Shown here piece after piece: positions 14,235 to 28,100 of a stretch of DNA of 64,000 bases. This DNA comes from Raja brachyura (Eukaryota), in assembly GCA_963514005.1 (NCBI GenBank), contig OY740806.1, positions 34,472,001 through 34,536,000 on the forward strand. The letters are read 5' to 3'. The notes beneath the pieces are model-generated. The model saw only the letters and a program-made list of their open reading frames with translations, was not told the origin of the DNA and ran no database searches. Position 1 is the first letter of the stretch. Each line of letters begins with the position of its first letter. The position numbers and the translations under genes were made by a program.

Positions 14235-14465
14235 AGAAAGAACTGTAGATACTGGAAAAATCAAAGGTAGACAAAAATGCTGGAGAAACTCAGCGGGTGA
14301 GGCAGCATCTATGGAGAGAGGGAATGGGCAATGTTTCGTGTCGAGACCCCTCTTCAGACCTGAAATGTCGGCCATTCCTTCTCTCCATAGATGCTGCCTC
14401 ACCCACTGAGTTACTCCAGCATTTTGTGTCCACCTCGATTTTAACAGCATCTGCAGTTCTTACTT
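14235..14465. repeat. Inverted pair of Penelope terminal repeats (fold-back)
   Basis: aatgctggagaaactcagcgggtgaggcagcatctatggagagagggaatgg pairs with ccattccttctctccatagatgctgcctcacccactgagttactccagcatt. Confidence 0.85.
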
Positions 14466-16774
14466 ACACATTATATATAATTTATGTTTTTGTGTTTATG
14501 TGTTATCTAAGTTTACCTGTGATGCTGCTGCAAGCAATACTTTCAATGTACCTGTTCCGTACTTGTGCATATGACAAAAAACTTAACTTGACGAGGTAAA
14601 ACTACAGTCATCCTTTCCCAACTATTGAAGGGTTGGAACTGCATTAGTTTTAGTGGATGTAGGAAGACAATATAAATTATTCCTATTGAAGCAAAGAGCC
14701 ATTTTGCTTTAAATGACACAGCAATTGGGTTCAATGGTCCTCCGATAAACAAGGTAATTCAGTCTTTGGGGAGTGATTTGCTGATTCAGGCATGAAGACT
14801 TTGCTGAGGTAGGATTTTAAATGACGCATTCCAGTCTACACCAAATAAATGCTGTTAGCTGCCCTGAGTAATGAGCCCATTTGTTTAAGTCACATGGTCA
14901 TCTGTCTCAGCGAGCAGATGAGGTAATAGCTTCTACTGGGTCTGATGTTGAGGGCAGTCTTGATGCAATCTGAGAATCTCTCAATAGCTTGTATTATGGG
15001 CTGTGTTAACCTGTTAAGCTCAAACACCAGGGATCATGTGAGCACAATTTGCAAGGTCACTTAAAACCAAAGTACAGCATCAAAATAGCATGTGTTGGAT
15101 GATATGAGGTGAAGATTCATAGCTGGAGTTCCTATTTACACACCATAGGAACAGTAAGTTGCTGCATTAGTAAACCTGCTGGAAACTTTTTCGCTCATTT
15201 GCACAAAAAAAATATTAATCTATGTATCCACTCCACTCAATCCTGAAAAATATTGGATGAATTTAAAGCTTGCACCTAATAACTCACATTTGTTCCAATT
15301 TGTTTACAGCCACTTTGAAGGTGAAGTCACTAGCAAAATGTAGGAAACAATGGTGCTTTAATAAATTGTCCAAATTATCATGTTCCATGATGTACCTTTG
15401 TAATAATCTGTTTTAGCTTGTTTAGGAAATACCCACAAAAGATCTCGCAGTATTTGATTAGCTTGGTTGGTAATAGCTTCACCTTCATGGATTGGAACAT
15501 TCATGAGCACACTGAAATCCTTCCTCTATTGCATCTTTGACTACAGAACCAGTATCTCAGTTTCCTTTGATGATCTCTTCTATGAGTTGCCTGACATTTT
15601 CCGATGTTAAATTACTTGTATGAATGCAATTGGTTATTTTTGTCACGCCTCGCCAAGGTTGAAATTAGACATATTTATTCCTACTTCATATATTTAGCTA
15701 ATGAATTTTCTTTGGCATTGCTCTTGATACTTTGGAGAACCTATTATCTTATAACAGTAACATTATTCTTTACAGTAATGTTCCTTAAGTGTAAAGTGGC
15801 GTGTTCCTTTAAGACCACAGTTTCAATGCAATAAATGTGGCACAATCAGTGGCCTCTTGGAGGTTAATTGTTCCTTATGAAGGAAGTTGAACAGATTGAC
15901 AGGTATTTGGAAATTCCTGGCTCTGTACTTGAATAAACCATCAAATGACTAGCCCTTTTCTTAATGCCTATTATTAGCAATTTAAAATGTGATCCCTGAA
16001 GTTTAATGGGTTTACCTCACCTTTGTGCAGTATGTCTCACATTCAAGATATCAATTCAAATTTTTAATCAGGATTGATGTGTTTTACTGCTCAAAAACAT
16101 AGTCAAACATAAAGCAACATAGAATCACACAAGAGGCCTTCAGTTCACTTCACTTCTTTCGGCTTTTTGCAAGGATTATTTGATTATTTCTATTCTTTGC
16201 TTTTCCCCGTGGATCTGAAAAGTTTCATTTATAAACATTTATCATCTTGAAAGTTACAAATGAATCTGGGACTGGCTCCCAGAGTACACGCCACAACGGT
16301 GAAAAATTATCACTATATCTCGCCCTTCATTCTTTTAACAAATACCACAAAGTTGTGTCCTCTGATTATCAATTGTCCTGAAAATGTAAGAAAAAAACAC
16401 ACTCTCATTAAAACTCCATTTTACTTTGAATGCCTCTATTAAAGTTCACCTTCGTTGTCCCAATGAGTACACTTCTGGTCTTATCAGTTAGTTGACCCAA
16501 CTGCATTTTTCTCATCCCAAGTCCCTTTCAGGGCAGGAAAATTAAGGGCAGTTATTGGACTTCTTTAGAGAAATTTCAGTTAGAACCTTCTTGATCGAAT
16601 GCCTTAAAATGAGGCATAGGAGCTATGCTTAAATGGAAACATGGAAAGACTGCTCTGTTATGTAATATTGATGTTAATATATGTTTGGGACAAATAAGCA
16701 GAGAATGGTTGGATCTACAGTGTAGCTTACACAACTCCAGAATGTGCAATGCCAATAGCCTACTATAAAAGTGT

Positions 16775-16960
16775 ACTTTCAAAGTGTAAGCAGAAATCAC
16801 AGAGTCAATTTGCTTGCAACAAGCTCCTACAAATAGCAATGCAAAAATGATCAGATGTTTTTCAGTAATGTTGACTAAGGGATCAAATGTGGGCCTGGAT
16901 CGTGAATAATTCATCTCAAGAGTGCAAAGAAATTACATTTTATGATCTCAAAAGGACACA
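16775..16960 (-). mobile_element. Deu-domain SINE remnant
   Basis: tcaatttgcttgcaacaagctcctacaaatagcaatg...atcagatgtttttcagtaatgttgactaaggga resembles the reverse of 61340-61690. Confidence 0.45.
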
Positions 16961-17269
16961 GACCTACTTTTCCCTCTTTACATAAAGAACCAAAATCCTT
17001 TGGCTCTTTATGTAAAGTGAAGAATGATCTTGTGAATGAAGCATTTCATGTAGAACAACCAAGCCAAACTTAAAATTAAAAAAAACCCTATTGTATCTGG
17101 CGAAAGTTTCAAAAACAATGTGTGAACAAAATCTGTCACACAAGATCTATTTGGTGTATTGCAGAATAACAGATGCTCCTTGGTTTTAAAGAGAGACAAA
17201 TCTTTTCTCAACAGTGGAACAGTGACTTCTGTGTGGATTAATCCTGAACAGCCCACAAAGGAAATAATT

Positions 17270-18695
17270 CCCTAAGGTCTGGTGTATCTCAGCCTGCTGC
17301 AGGATGCATGGAAGAGATTTCTGGTGTTTTGATAGAAATTTTCAAAACTTCGCTGGCTGCAGACGAGGTACCAGACGACTGGATAACAGTGAAGGCAAGA
17401 AGGATAAGCCAGGTAATTATTGACCTGTGTGTCTAACATCAATGGTAGAGAAATTATTGAGAACAATTCCAAGGGACTGAATATAACTGCAATTGGAGGA
17501 GCAGGGATTGGTCAAGAATAGTTAGCATGGCTTTGTTAAGAGGAGGACTTGGCGGACTTATTTGCTTAGATTTTTTGAAAAGGTAACACAGTGTAATAAT
17601 CAGGGTAGTTTAATTGATGGCGGCCACATGGGCTGTGGAAAGGTTTTGTGTGAAGGTTTTGAGCGGACAACACAGGCAGGCAGGCCCAAAAGAGCCATAA
17701 GATCCAGGGCAATTTGGCAAACTAGAAATGAAACTGCCATTTGCACTTGTGTACACAGAGTTCCACGCTGAGACCCTAGTTGATGGCTTTATATATTAAC
17801 AATCTGAATGTGAATGTAGGAACTAGATACGTAAGTTTGCGGATGACACATAAATCAGAAGTATTGTTGGTGGTGAAGAAGATATTTGAAGGCTACAAGA
17901 TGAAGTTGAATGCATAAATGGATAGAACAATAACAGACGGAGTTTAATCCTGACAAGAGCAAGCAATGCAGGTTGGAAGAACTAATAAGGCTTGAACGTG
18001 CACGATGAATGGTAGGACCTAAGGGAGTATTGAGGAAGAGAAAGTAATCAGTGTACAAGTCCAAGGCTCCCTAACTGTCGCAGGACAAATAGGTGGTGAA
18101 GACGGCGCATGGGTCACTTTCCTTTATTAGCTGGGCAATGAAATATAAGCATATCAAGATTATAGTACATTCTTATAAAACATTAATTCAAGCACAGCTG
18201 GAGTAAAATGTTTAAATCTGGTCACCACATTCTCAGAAGGGCATAATTGCACTGGAAAGCATACAGATGATTCTCTAGTATTCTGCCTTCGTATGAAATA
18301 TTTCTGTTATAAGTAGCGGCTGGAAAGACTAGATTTGTTTTTCTTGGAACAGAGATCTAATAGAGGTATACAGGATTATGAGAGGAATAGGTAGGGTGCA
18401 TAGTGGGAAACCTTTCTCTACAGTAGAGGTACTTTAAGTAGGAGGCATGGGTTTAGGAGAAAAGGTCTGGAGATGAAATGTCAAATAACGTTTTCACCCA
18501 TAGAGTGGCTGGTATATTGAATGCCTTGGCTGAATACGTGGTGGAGGCATCACTCTCATAACACTCAAGAGGCATCTGCGCAAGGACTTGAATCACCATT
18601 GCATTGAAGACTACAGATGAAGTGCTGGTAAATGGTACTTGAAAATTGGCATGGACATGATGAGCTGAAGGACCTGTTTCTGTGCTGTAAGGCTC
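17270..18695 (+). mobile_element. Decayed CR1 LINE, ORF2 RT to 3' end
   Basis: Degenerate PGLVYL, VPDDW, gataagccaggtaattat (D.PGNY), cagcatggcttt-like segment, KFADDT (17833), and 3' tail ctgaaggacctgtttctgtgctgta. Confidence 0.8.
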
Positions 18696-19529
18696 TTTGG
18701 TGTTATCAGTGACCTTCCTATTTGTGAAGAGGTCATTGAGTTAACCTAATCATTATGACTCCATCTTCAATGTAAATGAGCTCATATGTTTCTTTTTCAT
18801 TTTTGCCGCAGGGTAAAAATATATTTTGTATTTAGCAACTTATATGAGGCAATGGTTGGATCAGTGCTTTTATAGGTCTTGTGGTGATTTGTCACCAGAT
18901 GATTGCATAGTTAACTGGTCCATCCAATTTCTTTTAATAGCATCTGCACATTTTCTGAAATAATCCAGACATTTTATGATTTTGAAAGGGAGAATGAGAA
19001 ATCAAATTCAGGGAAATGTGTTCACTATAGTGAAGGATTTTGAAGCCAGGTTAAGAAAAAAAGGATTTGCATGTTAGAATTAAAGCCAGGCAGAATAATT
19101 TGCATTTATATAATAATTTAAGCATTGTAATATGTCCCAAGGCTCCTACACAGTAATAATGAAACAAAATATGACAGTCAAATTTAAGGGAAAACGATCA
19201 AAACTTTGTCAAAAATTGTGAAAAAAAGGCCATTTAAAGAAAAAGAGAATACTAGCACTGAGAACTTGGGTTGGTGAAGACTTAACCACAAACGGTGCAG
19301 CAAGTAAAGTTGCGGATTTGTGAGAAACCAAAATTGAAAGAGTGTGGAGAACTTGAAGGGCCTGAAGAGATTGCAGAAATATCAGGCTACTGAAATAAGT
19401 TCCCAATTTTGACATTTTATATTGTCCTATACCGTGATGTTTTAGAACAGTTGCAAATGGTTGTGGTAAATAGGTTCATGGTGAGATTTGGGTTGAGGGC
19501 AAAAAGCATGAGGATACGACTGGCAGCGT

Positions 19530-19608
19530 GCCCCTATTGTGGCAAATAGCCCCTATTGTGGCAAATAGCCCCTATTGTGGCAACTTGCTCCTATTGTGGC
19601 AAATAGCC
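19530..19608. repeat. Minisatellite, 19-bp unit GCCCCTATTGTGGCAAATA, four copies
   Basis: Units at 19530, 19549, 19568 (variant ...caactt) and 19587 (gctcc...). Confidence 0.9.
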
Positions 19609-20072
19609 TCCTTCAGTGCTGCTAATTTTGACATTTTAAATTGTCCTATACTTTGGAAGAGTTGCAAATCTCCACCATACTTTGTGTGAGGAAGTGCTTC
19701 CTGATTTCATTATTGAATCACTCTTCAGATTGTCCCCATGCTTTAGATTCTCTCACCAGAAGAAACAGTGTCTCTGTCTCCCCACAGAAATTTACCCCGA
19801 GTTACTTCTAAACATGCTCTTTTGTAGCAGCCTGACTTTGTATTTGGCATTTGAAATCCAGTTCCATTGATTTCAATGCCATGCATTTCAGAGATGGAAT
19901 ACAACAACCTGGCGTTACTATATAGTTCATTGAGCGCTAATGACTGTGATTGAATTTGAAGGTATGTATCGCTTAAATATCTTGAACAGCTTTTACAGTG
20001 AAGGGAATCATTTTAATCTGACTAGCAGCATCCACCATTGTCAGATAACCTACAAATTCTCATTATCCCAAT

Positions 20073-20302
20073 AAATTCTCTGCCTCCGAGGGCGGTCGAG
20101 GCCGGTTCTTTGGATACTGTCAAGAGAGAGCTAGATAGAGCTCTTGAAGATAGCGGAGTCAGGGGATATGGGGAGAAGGCAGGAACGGGGGACTGATTGG
20201 GGATGATCAGCCATGATCACATTGAATGGTCACACTGAATGATCTGGCTCGAAGGGCCGAATGGCCTACTCCTGCACCTATTGTCTATTGTCTATTGTCT
20301 AT
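20073..20302 (+). mobile_element. Young CR1 3' end
   Basis: aattctctgcctccgagggcggtcgaggcc... to a (ctattgt)3 tail; close match to 33800-34009. Confidence 0.9.
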
Positions 20303-21154
20303 AAATGCCCAGTAATCATAAGAGCACTCACTGAATAGGAAATAGGGGCTATTTAGTTCCAATTGTTACAATAGGCTTTTTTTCAAAGCATAAAGACTCA
20401 TGTAAAAGTGACTACTACCTGACTCCAGTGTTTCAAAGTTCTCAAAGCTGTATTGTAAACAGAGACATAAATCACTGTTACCTTGGGCAGAACATTTTCA
20501 CATCACCTATATTTTCCTAATCTTTTTATGGATGCAATCACTAATATGGAGAATAGGTATAACAAATCTTATTGAGTTATGCCCCTGTTTAGTTTTTCAC
20601 AAAAAGTGGAAAGTGCAAGTGTTTGGTATTAACATGGTGGATAATGTTGTGGTTATTTACTAACACCGAATGAGATAAATATCTCCAATGTTCCTGCCAC
20701 CTGTAAGATCTCAAGTGAAATTAATCTGTCGAATCTCATTTAAGGCACAATTGATCTTTTACACAAAAGCCTTGATATGGTGGTATTTTTGGATAAACTT
20801 TAATACAGTAGAACTGTTGATCCCCAGTGGGAAACTGAGAATGAAAGTTAGTATTGTAGAGAGGAACCTTTCAAATTATTTCTTGGATCGGGGCAATTTG
20901 GTATTTATTACCTACCACTTACTTGCATTTAAGAAGATGTTGGTGCCTTTTCTTCTCACCATTTACATGGGAAGGTAATCCCAAATTACAATGAAATAGA
21001 TTGTTTCAGTGCGGAATCAGAATAATTGGGAATCAAAACCTCATATTGGCTTCATCCACCATTAAAAGCAACTTGCAAATCAGTAGCACCTTGAATGGGG
21101 TAAAGCTTAAACAGTGTAAGAGAACATTGCATAATTTCAGAGATTAGTAGCTTG

Positions 21155-21960
21155 AAGTAGGCTATCCTGTGCATTGAACCTCCATTCAAAAATATCATGG
21201 TTGACTTTCGACCTTTGCCCAATTTTAGCCAATCCAGATTCTTGGATTCCCTTAATATCCAGAAATCTATGGACCTCTATTTAGAGCAAGCTCACTGAAG
21301 GAGCCTCTGTTGTTCTCGAGGGTAGAGAATCTCAAAGATTCACTACTCTCTGAGTGAAAAATGTCTCCTTATCACGTTAATAAATGGCCTATCTCTTTTC
21401 TTGAGATTGTGGCCCCTCGTTCTATCTTACATCCAACCTGTCAAGCCATGCAAGAACTTTGTAAGTTTCAAAGATGTCACCTCTCATTCATCTAAATGTT
21501 AGATAATAAAGGCCAATTCTACTCAGTTTCTCCTCATGTTAATCACCTGCCATCCCCGGAACCAATCCAGTGAATCTATAGCTAGTGTATTTTTTATTTT
21601 GTTAAGGAGTCAAAATTGTAAACAATATTCTCAGCATGATCTCACAAATGCCTTATATTACTGCAATAAATGTACACAAATCTTGTCACACATACTCTGT
21701 TTATTAACTATTTTGTGCACCAAATGGATGACCTCACATTTTTCTACATTGTATACCACCAGCCATGTTCTTGTCCATTCACTTATCTGGCCCATATCTT
21801 CTTCAAACCTCTTTACATCCTCCTCCCTATTTCCAACCCCACCTATTTTTGTGTCATCAGCAAATTTGGAAATATAATATTTGGTTACCTTGGCTGAATG
21901 GTTGATTTAGATTGAGAATAGCTGAGGCTCAAGTGCTAACCCGTGCAGTACCTCCATAAT
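21155..21960 (-). mobile_element. Old CR1 LINE fragment
   Basis: Reverse complement contains KFADDTKIG (tttgtgtcatcagcaaattt at about 21847) and CR1 3' region motifs. Confidence 0.7.
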
Positions 21961-24084
21961 CAGTGTTTAGAAAATACCAGTTTATTCTCACTTTTAGCTG
22001 CTGTCAAACCAAATCTGCCACCAGGCCGCCTGGAGGTAAGTTTAGCCAAATAGGCAAAATCTAGGTCGAAGAAACAAAGTGTTAGAAGAGAAGAAAAACC
22101 AAAGTAGAGAAGCTGAGAGGTTTATGGAGGGTTTTCTAGACCTTTCATTGAGACAATCAGGGTGAGGTGTAAAAGTGGGTATAATTGGAGGAGCCTGAAG
22201 ATATTGGAGAGGGAGTTATAGAGGAACAAAACTGAAAAAACTAAACTTGATCCTAGAAGTCAAACAACATAACGTTGTTCAGTTAAAACAAGAGACAAAT
22301 TGTTCAAGATGAAGGGGCATCTTCCAAATCGATGTTTACAGCAATAAAAGACAAATGTCTTCAAGTGTCAATCATGTGTATAGGTATTCTGATTTAATGG
22401 GTTATTGCACATTACTAGGTTTTGGAAGCACAGTCGAAGACAAATCGCACGCATTATCAGTCTTGGCATGCAGTACACCGATACCATTTACCAGACTATG
22501 TCCTCGACGTAAAAATCTTTTCAGGAAGATTACTTGTGAATGCAATTCGATCAGTGGAAAATCCATTTGCAGATAGTTGCCGTACAATTAACTCAGCTTG
22601 TTCTAGCCATTAACCAAAAAACAGTCAAACTGCTGAATATAATCCTAGATACCCAGGATTTCCCAGTGGGAAAAACAAGCTAGATTTTTGCTATTGAACA
22701 AAATGTAATCCTTAGTTTTCACTGGAACATGTTTTAAACAGAACATGATGACACTTGAATATTTTTTTCTCATGGAAGGTATTTGAAAAGGAACCAAACT
22801 ATCAGTATAGTGTTTAAGAAAGAGATCTCTTATGGACAATCCATCTACAGAAATGTATACATTACTGGAATGCGACCAATAATCAGAAGACTAGGAATGG
22901 CTAAGAGACCACAGAAAAGTGCTGGAAGCATTCATCATATCAGACAGCGCCTGTGGAGAGAGAAATAGAATTAATGTTGCAGATCCACAACCCTTCATCA
23001 GAAATGGAAAAGCTAGAAATGACTCAACAAAAATAACCATGTTATATTCCTGAGTTTGCAAGCTATCCACACCATCTCCGATCAACGAGAAAGCATCACA
23101 ATGAACCATTTAACCATCCCATTGAAATGTTGTTGTGAAGTGCTTGCTCTGAGCAATGAGATCTGCAGTGCAACATACCATACTGCTCGACAATGGAAGA
23201 CTGTGAAAACTAGCCACTTAAAGAGATATTAGGATGTGATCAGAGCAGAAACTCTTAAGGAAGTGGAGCAGAGCAAGAGTTGGACAGTGCTCGTATGGAA
23301 TCGCAGAAGTTCGGAATTCAAGGGTCTCGTTCAGTGCACCTTGATGGAATTCCAGAGTTTTGGGCCCTGTAGATTTCTTTAGTGCCTCCATTGGAGGCAC
23401 TAAAGAAATTGGTGTGCAAGAAGCCAGAATTGTACTAATCTAGAGAGAGAATCCTCCAATGTTAGAGAATGTTACAGAGGTTCGGTGGGGGCAAAGAGAA
23501 ATAAGAATTTGAACACAGGAATGAAAATGTGAAAATTGAAGACAACATCTCCATCAGTAAAATCAGCTGTCCTTCTGATAGTGGGCTAAAAAATGATCTG
23601 CTGGGAGTCCGATAATGCTCATAAAGCTCTAATTCATTTCGGTAAATTTAATCAAATCTTCTGAAAATTTAAGGCACGTTATTTGTTTGCTGAAAAAATG
23701 AGTATCATTCTTAAGCTGCACAAAGTGGCTAATTTGAGTCATTTGACTTCTTTGGATTTGTTGAAAGATTTACAAAAATCTCGTTATGATTAAAAATCCT
23801 AACATTTAAAATCTGCATACTCTGAACAAGCACTGACATAGTTAAGTTGGGCCAAAGGACCTTATTCTGTTCTAAAAGCTCTTGGTAGTGTTTAAGGAAA
23901 TTGTCAACATTAAACAGCCTAATGTAAAATGCATTCAGAATGGATTTTCGATTAAAGGAATAGATTGGGTCGAAATATGCATTTATGCAAAAAGAGACTT
24001 AATTGGATCATTTGGTTGCAATTTAAAGCAGGAATTAGATTCCAAAAAGAAAATGTGGGATTGGAAAGGTACAAATCAGGAGTC

Positions 24085-24410
24085 AGGTGGCACAGTGGTG
24101 CAGTGGCACAGCTGGTTGTCACACTGGCTCAGATTATAGCAACTGACTGCAATCCTGTTTCCAATGCTGAGTCTAAGGAGTTTGCACATTCATGTGGACT
24201 TCCTCTGGGTGTTCCAGTTTACTCCAACATCCTAATAATGTACGGCTAGTTAGCTTAATTGGCCACTGCAGATTGCTCCAAGGGTGTCGGTGAACAGTAC
24301 CATCTGGGAGAAAATGATGGAAAAGTGTGGAGAATAAAATAGGATTCGTGCAAATGGAAGCTTGATGGTTGACTTGGACTCGGTGAGACAAAAACATCGT
24401 TTTTGTACAG
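24085..24410 (+). mobile_element. Diverged tRNA-derived HE1-like SINE
   Basis: ggcacagtggtgcag A-box start, ggagtttgcacatt core and a CR1-like tail. Confidence 0.65.
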
Positions 24411-24414
24411 TTTC

Positions 24415-24850
24415 TTCCCCTCAACCTACTTCCTTTCCTCTAGCTTCACAATTTGAAAATCCTTTTCTCACACCTTCTGCATTTTCATCTCTGGCCGTTG
24501 TCCAACCATCTGCCTATCAAAAGCACCCCGCTCGTCTGTATCAACCTATTACTTGCCAGCTTTAATGTTTCATGTTTTATGTGTCATTCCTAACGTTGTC
24601 ACTTGCGGGCGGAGCACCAAGGCAAATTCCTTGTATGTGAATACTTGGCCAATAAATGTATTCATTCATTCTTTGTCCTGCTCCTTGCTTCCAGCTTTCT
24701 TTTCTCCCCCCCCCCCCCCTCAATCTGAAGAATAGTCCCAACCACAAATGTCAACTATCTATGTTCTCTAGAGATGCTGCCTGACCCGCTGAGTTACTCC
24801 ACCACTTTGTGTCTTTTTCATTCACCAGCATCTGCAGTGCCTTCTTTCTA
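24415..24850 (+). mobile_element. Penelope 3' UTR and terminal repeat, with a nested LINE tail at 24565-24670
   Basis: acctattacttgccagcttt | insert | tttgtcctgc...ctgaagaatagtccc...gagatgctgcctgacccgctgagttactcc. Confidence 0.65.
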
Positions 24851-25504
24851 CATAGATGATGAATTGTTTGGTTAAAGAAAATAATTGACAAGAGATTTAA
24901 AGAGGAAAGAGGTGGGCAGATTAAGGAAGATAATTACTATGTGTAGGGCCTTTGAAACCACAACCATTCATGTTGGAAATGTACACAATGGCAGTACTTG
25001 AGAAGCACAGAGATCACAGGTTTTTGCAAGCCTGAAGCAGGGTGCTGAGACAGGGCTTTTGAAACACGACCGCTAGATTTATAATTGAAATATTACTGGT
25101 CCAGGAGCCAAGGACAGTGGGTGGATGAACTGAAAGGAGGAATTCTTTATTTGTGGCTTCATAGCGCACAAACAAAATACTGGGAACTCTTTCACCTTTG
25201 TTTCTATGACTTTCTTTTCAAAACTCCATACACAACCTGTATTTGTTCTGCAACATATTGTAATTTGCATTTAGAGTCAGGCAACATGGAAACAGGCCCT
25301 TCAGCCCAACCTGCCCAAACTGACCGTGGTAGATTAAATTGAACCTACATCCTTGATAATGTTACATCCTATTGGTGTGTCAACTTTGAACTTATCCCTA
25401 GTTCTTAATGTGGAGGTAGATCATATAGTCTTTTGGCCCCAAAACAAATTATTTTAACCATTGAGGCAAACGAACTGTAATGCTAACAAACATAGCTGGA
25501 TGAA

Positions 25505-25990
25505 GTCTGAATAAGGGTCCCAACCTGAAACATCACCTATACATGTGTAAGAAGGAACTGCAGATGCTGGTTTAAACTCAGAATTTGTGGAATTCCCTGC
25601 CACAGAGGGCAGTGGAGGTCAAATCACTGGATGGATTTAAGAGAGAGTTAGATAGAGCTCTAGGGGCTAGTGGAATCACGGGATATGGGGAGAAGGCAGG
25701 CACGGGTTATTGATTGGGGACGATCAGCCATGATCACAATGAATGGCAGTGCTGGCTCGAAGGGCCGAATGGCCGCCTCCTGCACCTATTTTCTATGTTA
25801 AACCAAAGATAGACATATACCAGCTGGAGTAACTTAGCGGGACAGGCAGCATCTCTGGAGTGAAGGAATGGGTGACATTTTGGGTCGAGACCCTTCTTCA
25901 GACATCACCTATGCATGTCTCCAGGGAGGTGTCAGACCCATTTAGTTACTCCAGCACTTTATGCCTTTTTTTGTAATCTGCAGATCCTTG
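25505..25990. mobile_element. Penelope terminal-repeat cluster with a CR1 3' end (25578-25797) inserted
   Basis: The CR1 piece is flanked by ttaaac (25572-25577 and 25798-25803) and splits the consensus gctggtttaaaccgaagatagacac seen intact at 52486-52510. Confidence 0.8.
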
Positions 25991-26509
25991 TTCTGCATAG
26001 CTTAATAATTATCTGTTTGAGACCCATGCTGTTCCTTATGACTATTCTTAAAGAACATCTGGTATTCTAATTAGCTTCAAAACAAACTGAGGAAGAAGGA
26101 AAAATAATCACCACTTTATCGACCCCGTATTAGTGATTATTAAAGAAAAGCTGACTTGATGTTTAACTGAATGTTCACTACAGCTGAATAGTGCACGAGA
26201 TCTTATTGCGTTGCAATGACCATTTCAAGTATAAAACCATGAGAGGAATAGATCGGGCAGATGCACAGAGTCTCTTGCCCAGAGTAGGTGAATCGAGGAC
26301 CAGAGGACAATCTTGAAAAAGAGAAAGAAAAGCCAAGTGTTCTTTTAAAGTTTGCCGGTTAACAAAACTTGACCAGTTCACATTAAGAAATGCAACCAAT
26401 GCAAAACTAAAGATAAACAGACATGTAAGTGGAGCCCCATGGAGTTTACATAATCCAGTCAGCCCAGTCTAATAAAACCATTTCAAAAAATCAAATAAAG
26501 CACAGTGTT

Positions 26510-26830
26510 CCATAGTCAAGGAATAGAAGTGAAAAGCAGAGAAGTTATGTTAAACTCAGACTAACCCCTGGTTAGACCACACTTGGAGTTCTGTCGTGGT
26601 TGATTTCCATTTTATAATAAATAATATAGAGGCTCTCGAAATGTGTTAAAATGATTGATAAGAATGTTACCAAAATCATTATGTTATAACAATCAGGACA
26701 GATTGAAAAAAGAGAATGTTCAGGGGTGATCCCTCAAATAAATCTTTAAGATTATGAAAATAAGTGATGAAATAAACATTGAGAATATGTTTCCAGTGGT
26801 GGAAGAGACTGGAATTAGGGACCTTGAATA
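26510..26830 (+). mobile_element. Old CR1 fragment
   Basis: ggaatagaagtgaaaagcagagaagttatg...ctggttagaccacacttggag (LVRPHLE). Confidence 0.7.
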
Positions 26831-27654
26831 AATTAGGACCCCGGAAGAACTCTACTCTCCTTCAAATTAGTACCACTCTATTGTTAAAGGCAACTGAACC
26901 ATCCGACACAACAAGATAGCAGTCCTGTAACCTCCCAAGGAATTAGTCAAAGAGATGAGCAGCGATGAGCCAAGGTTAATACTTCTGTTTGTTTCTTTCT
27001 CTTGAGTGTGTAGTGTTTGTGTGTTAAATACAGTGGCCAAAGAAGGAGGAGGTGGGGCAGGGGCTTGCCGACTAAGTCAACAGTTTACGATTGACATTTA
27101 TGTTTACTTAATGTGTGGGATCCTTTATTGCTTCATGTATTGAAACATTTCTGGCTTCAATTTCTAGGATTTTAGGTTTCCAGATACTTCAAGTTCTTGG
27201 ATTTGTCCTTTAAATAAGTGGTCCAGCCACTAAACACTGACTGCACTGTGGCATGTCAATGAGGCAACCGAAACATATCCAACAATACACCAGATAGTCC
27301 GTCTGTAGAAGGGTCTCAACCTGAAACGTCAGCCCTCCTTCTCTCCAAAGATGCTGCCTGTCCCGCTGAGTTGTTGTCCAACAGTCTGGATATATCATTT
27401 AATTTAGCAGTTAACCAGGATTTGGGTCCAATCTGTGGTGCAGTATGTACATAGTGTGACATACTTAACGTCTGACAAAGGAATAAGCAAACTTGCCTTG
27501 ACATTTTGCATCCGTTAGCACCATAATAAGTGAATTTGCCCACTGCGATTCACTCAATTATTACTTTCAGCAGTATCAGGCATAACTCAGTAGTTAGTCT
27601 GAACAATTTTTAATTCCACACAATGGACTTGAGTAAGAAGTCCATCCTGATAAC

Positions 27655-28100
27655 TCGAGGGTCTGAGCTACAGGGAGAGGTTGAGCAGGCTGGGACTCAA
27701 TTCCTTGGAGAGGAGGAGGATGAGAAGTGGATCTTACAGAGGTGTATAAAATTATGGGGGGAGTAGATTGGGTAGATCCACGCACAGAATCTCTTGCCCA
27801 GGGTATGGGAATCGAGAACCAGAGGCCATAGGTTTATGGTGAAGGGGGAAAGATTTAATAGGAATTTGAGGGGTAACTTTTTTACATAAAGGGTGGTGGG
27901 TTTATGGAATGAGCTGCCGCAGGAGGTAGTCGAGGCAGGGACAATTGCAACGTTTAAGAAACAATTAGACAGGTACATGGATCGGACAGTTTTGGAGGGA
28001 TATGGGCCAAACTCAGACAGGTGGGACGGGTGTAGATGGGACATGTTGGTCGGTATGAGCAAGTTGGGCCGAAAGGCCTGTTTCCATGCTGTATGACTCA
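27655..28100 (+). mobile_element. CR1 (HER1-like) 3' fragment
   Basis: ORF 27893..28096 VGLWNELPQEVVEAGTIATFKKQLDRYMD and tail gggccgaaaggcctgtttccatgctgtatgactc. Confidence 0.9.

Noticed and set aside
19530-19608. CRISPR-like repeat array
   Set aside because: Units are contiguous with no spacers, the context is eukaryotic and there are no cas genes.
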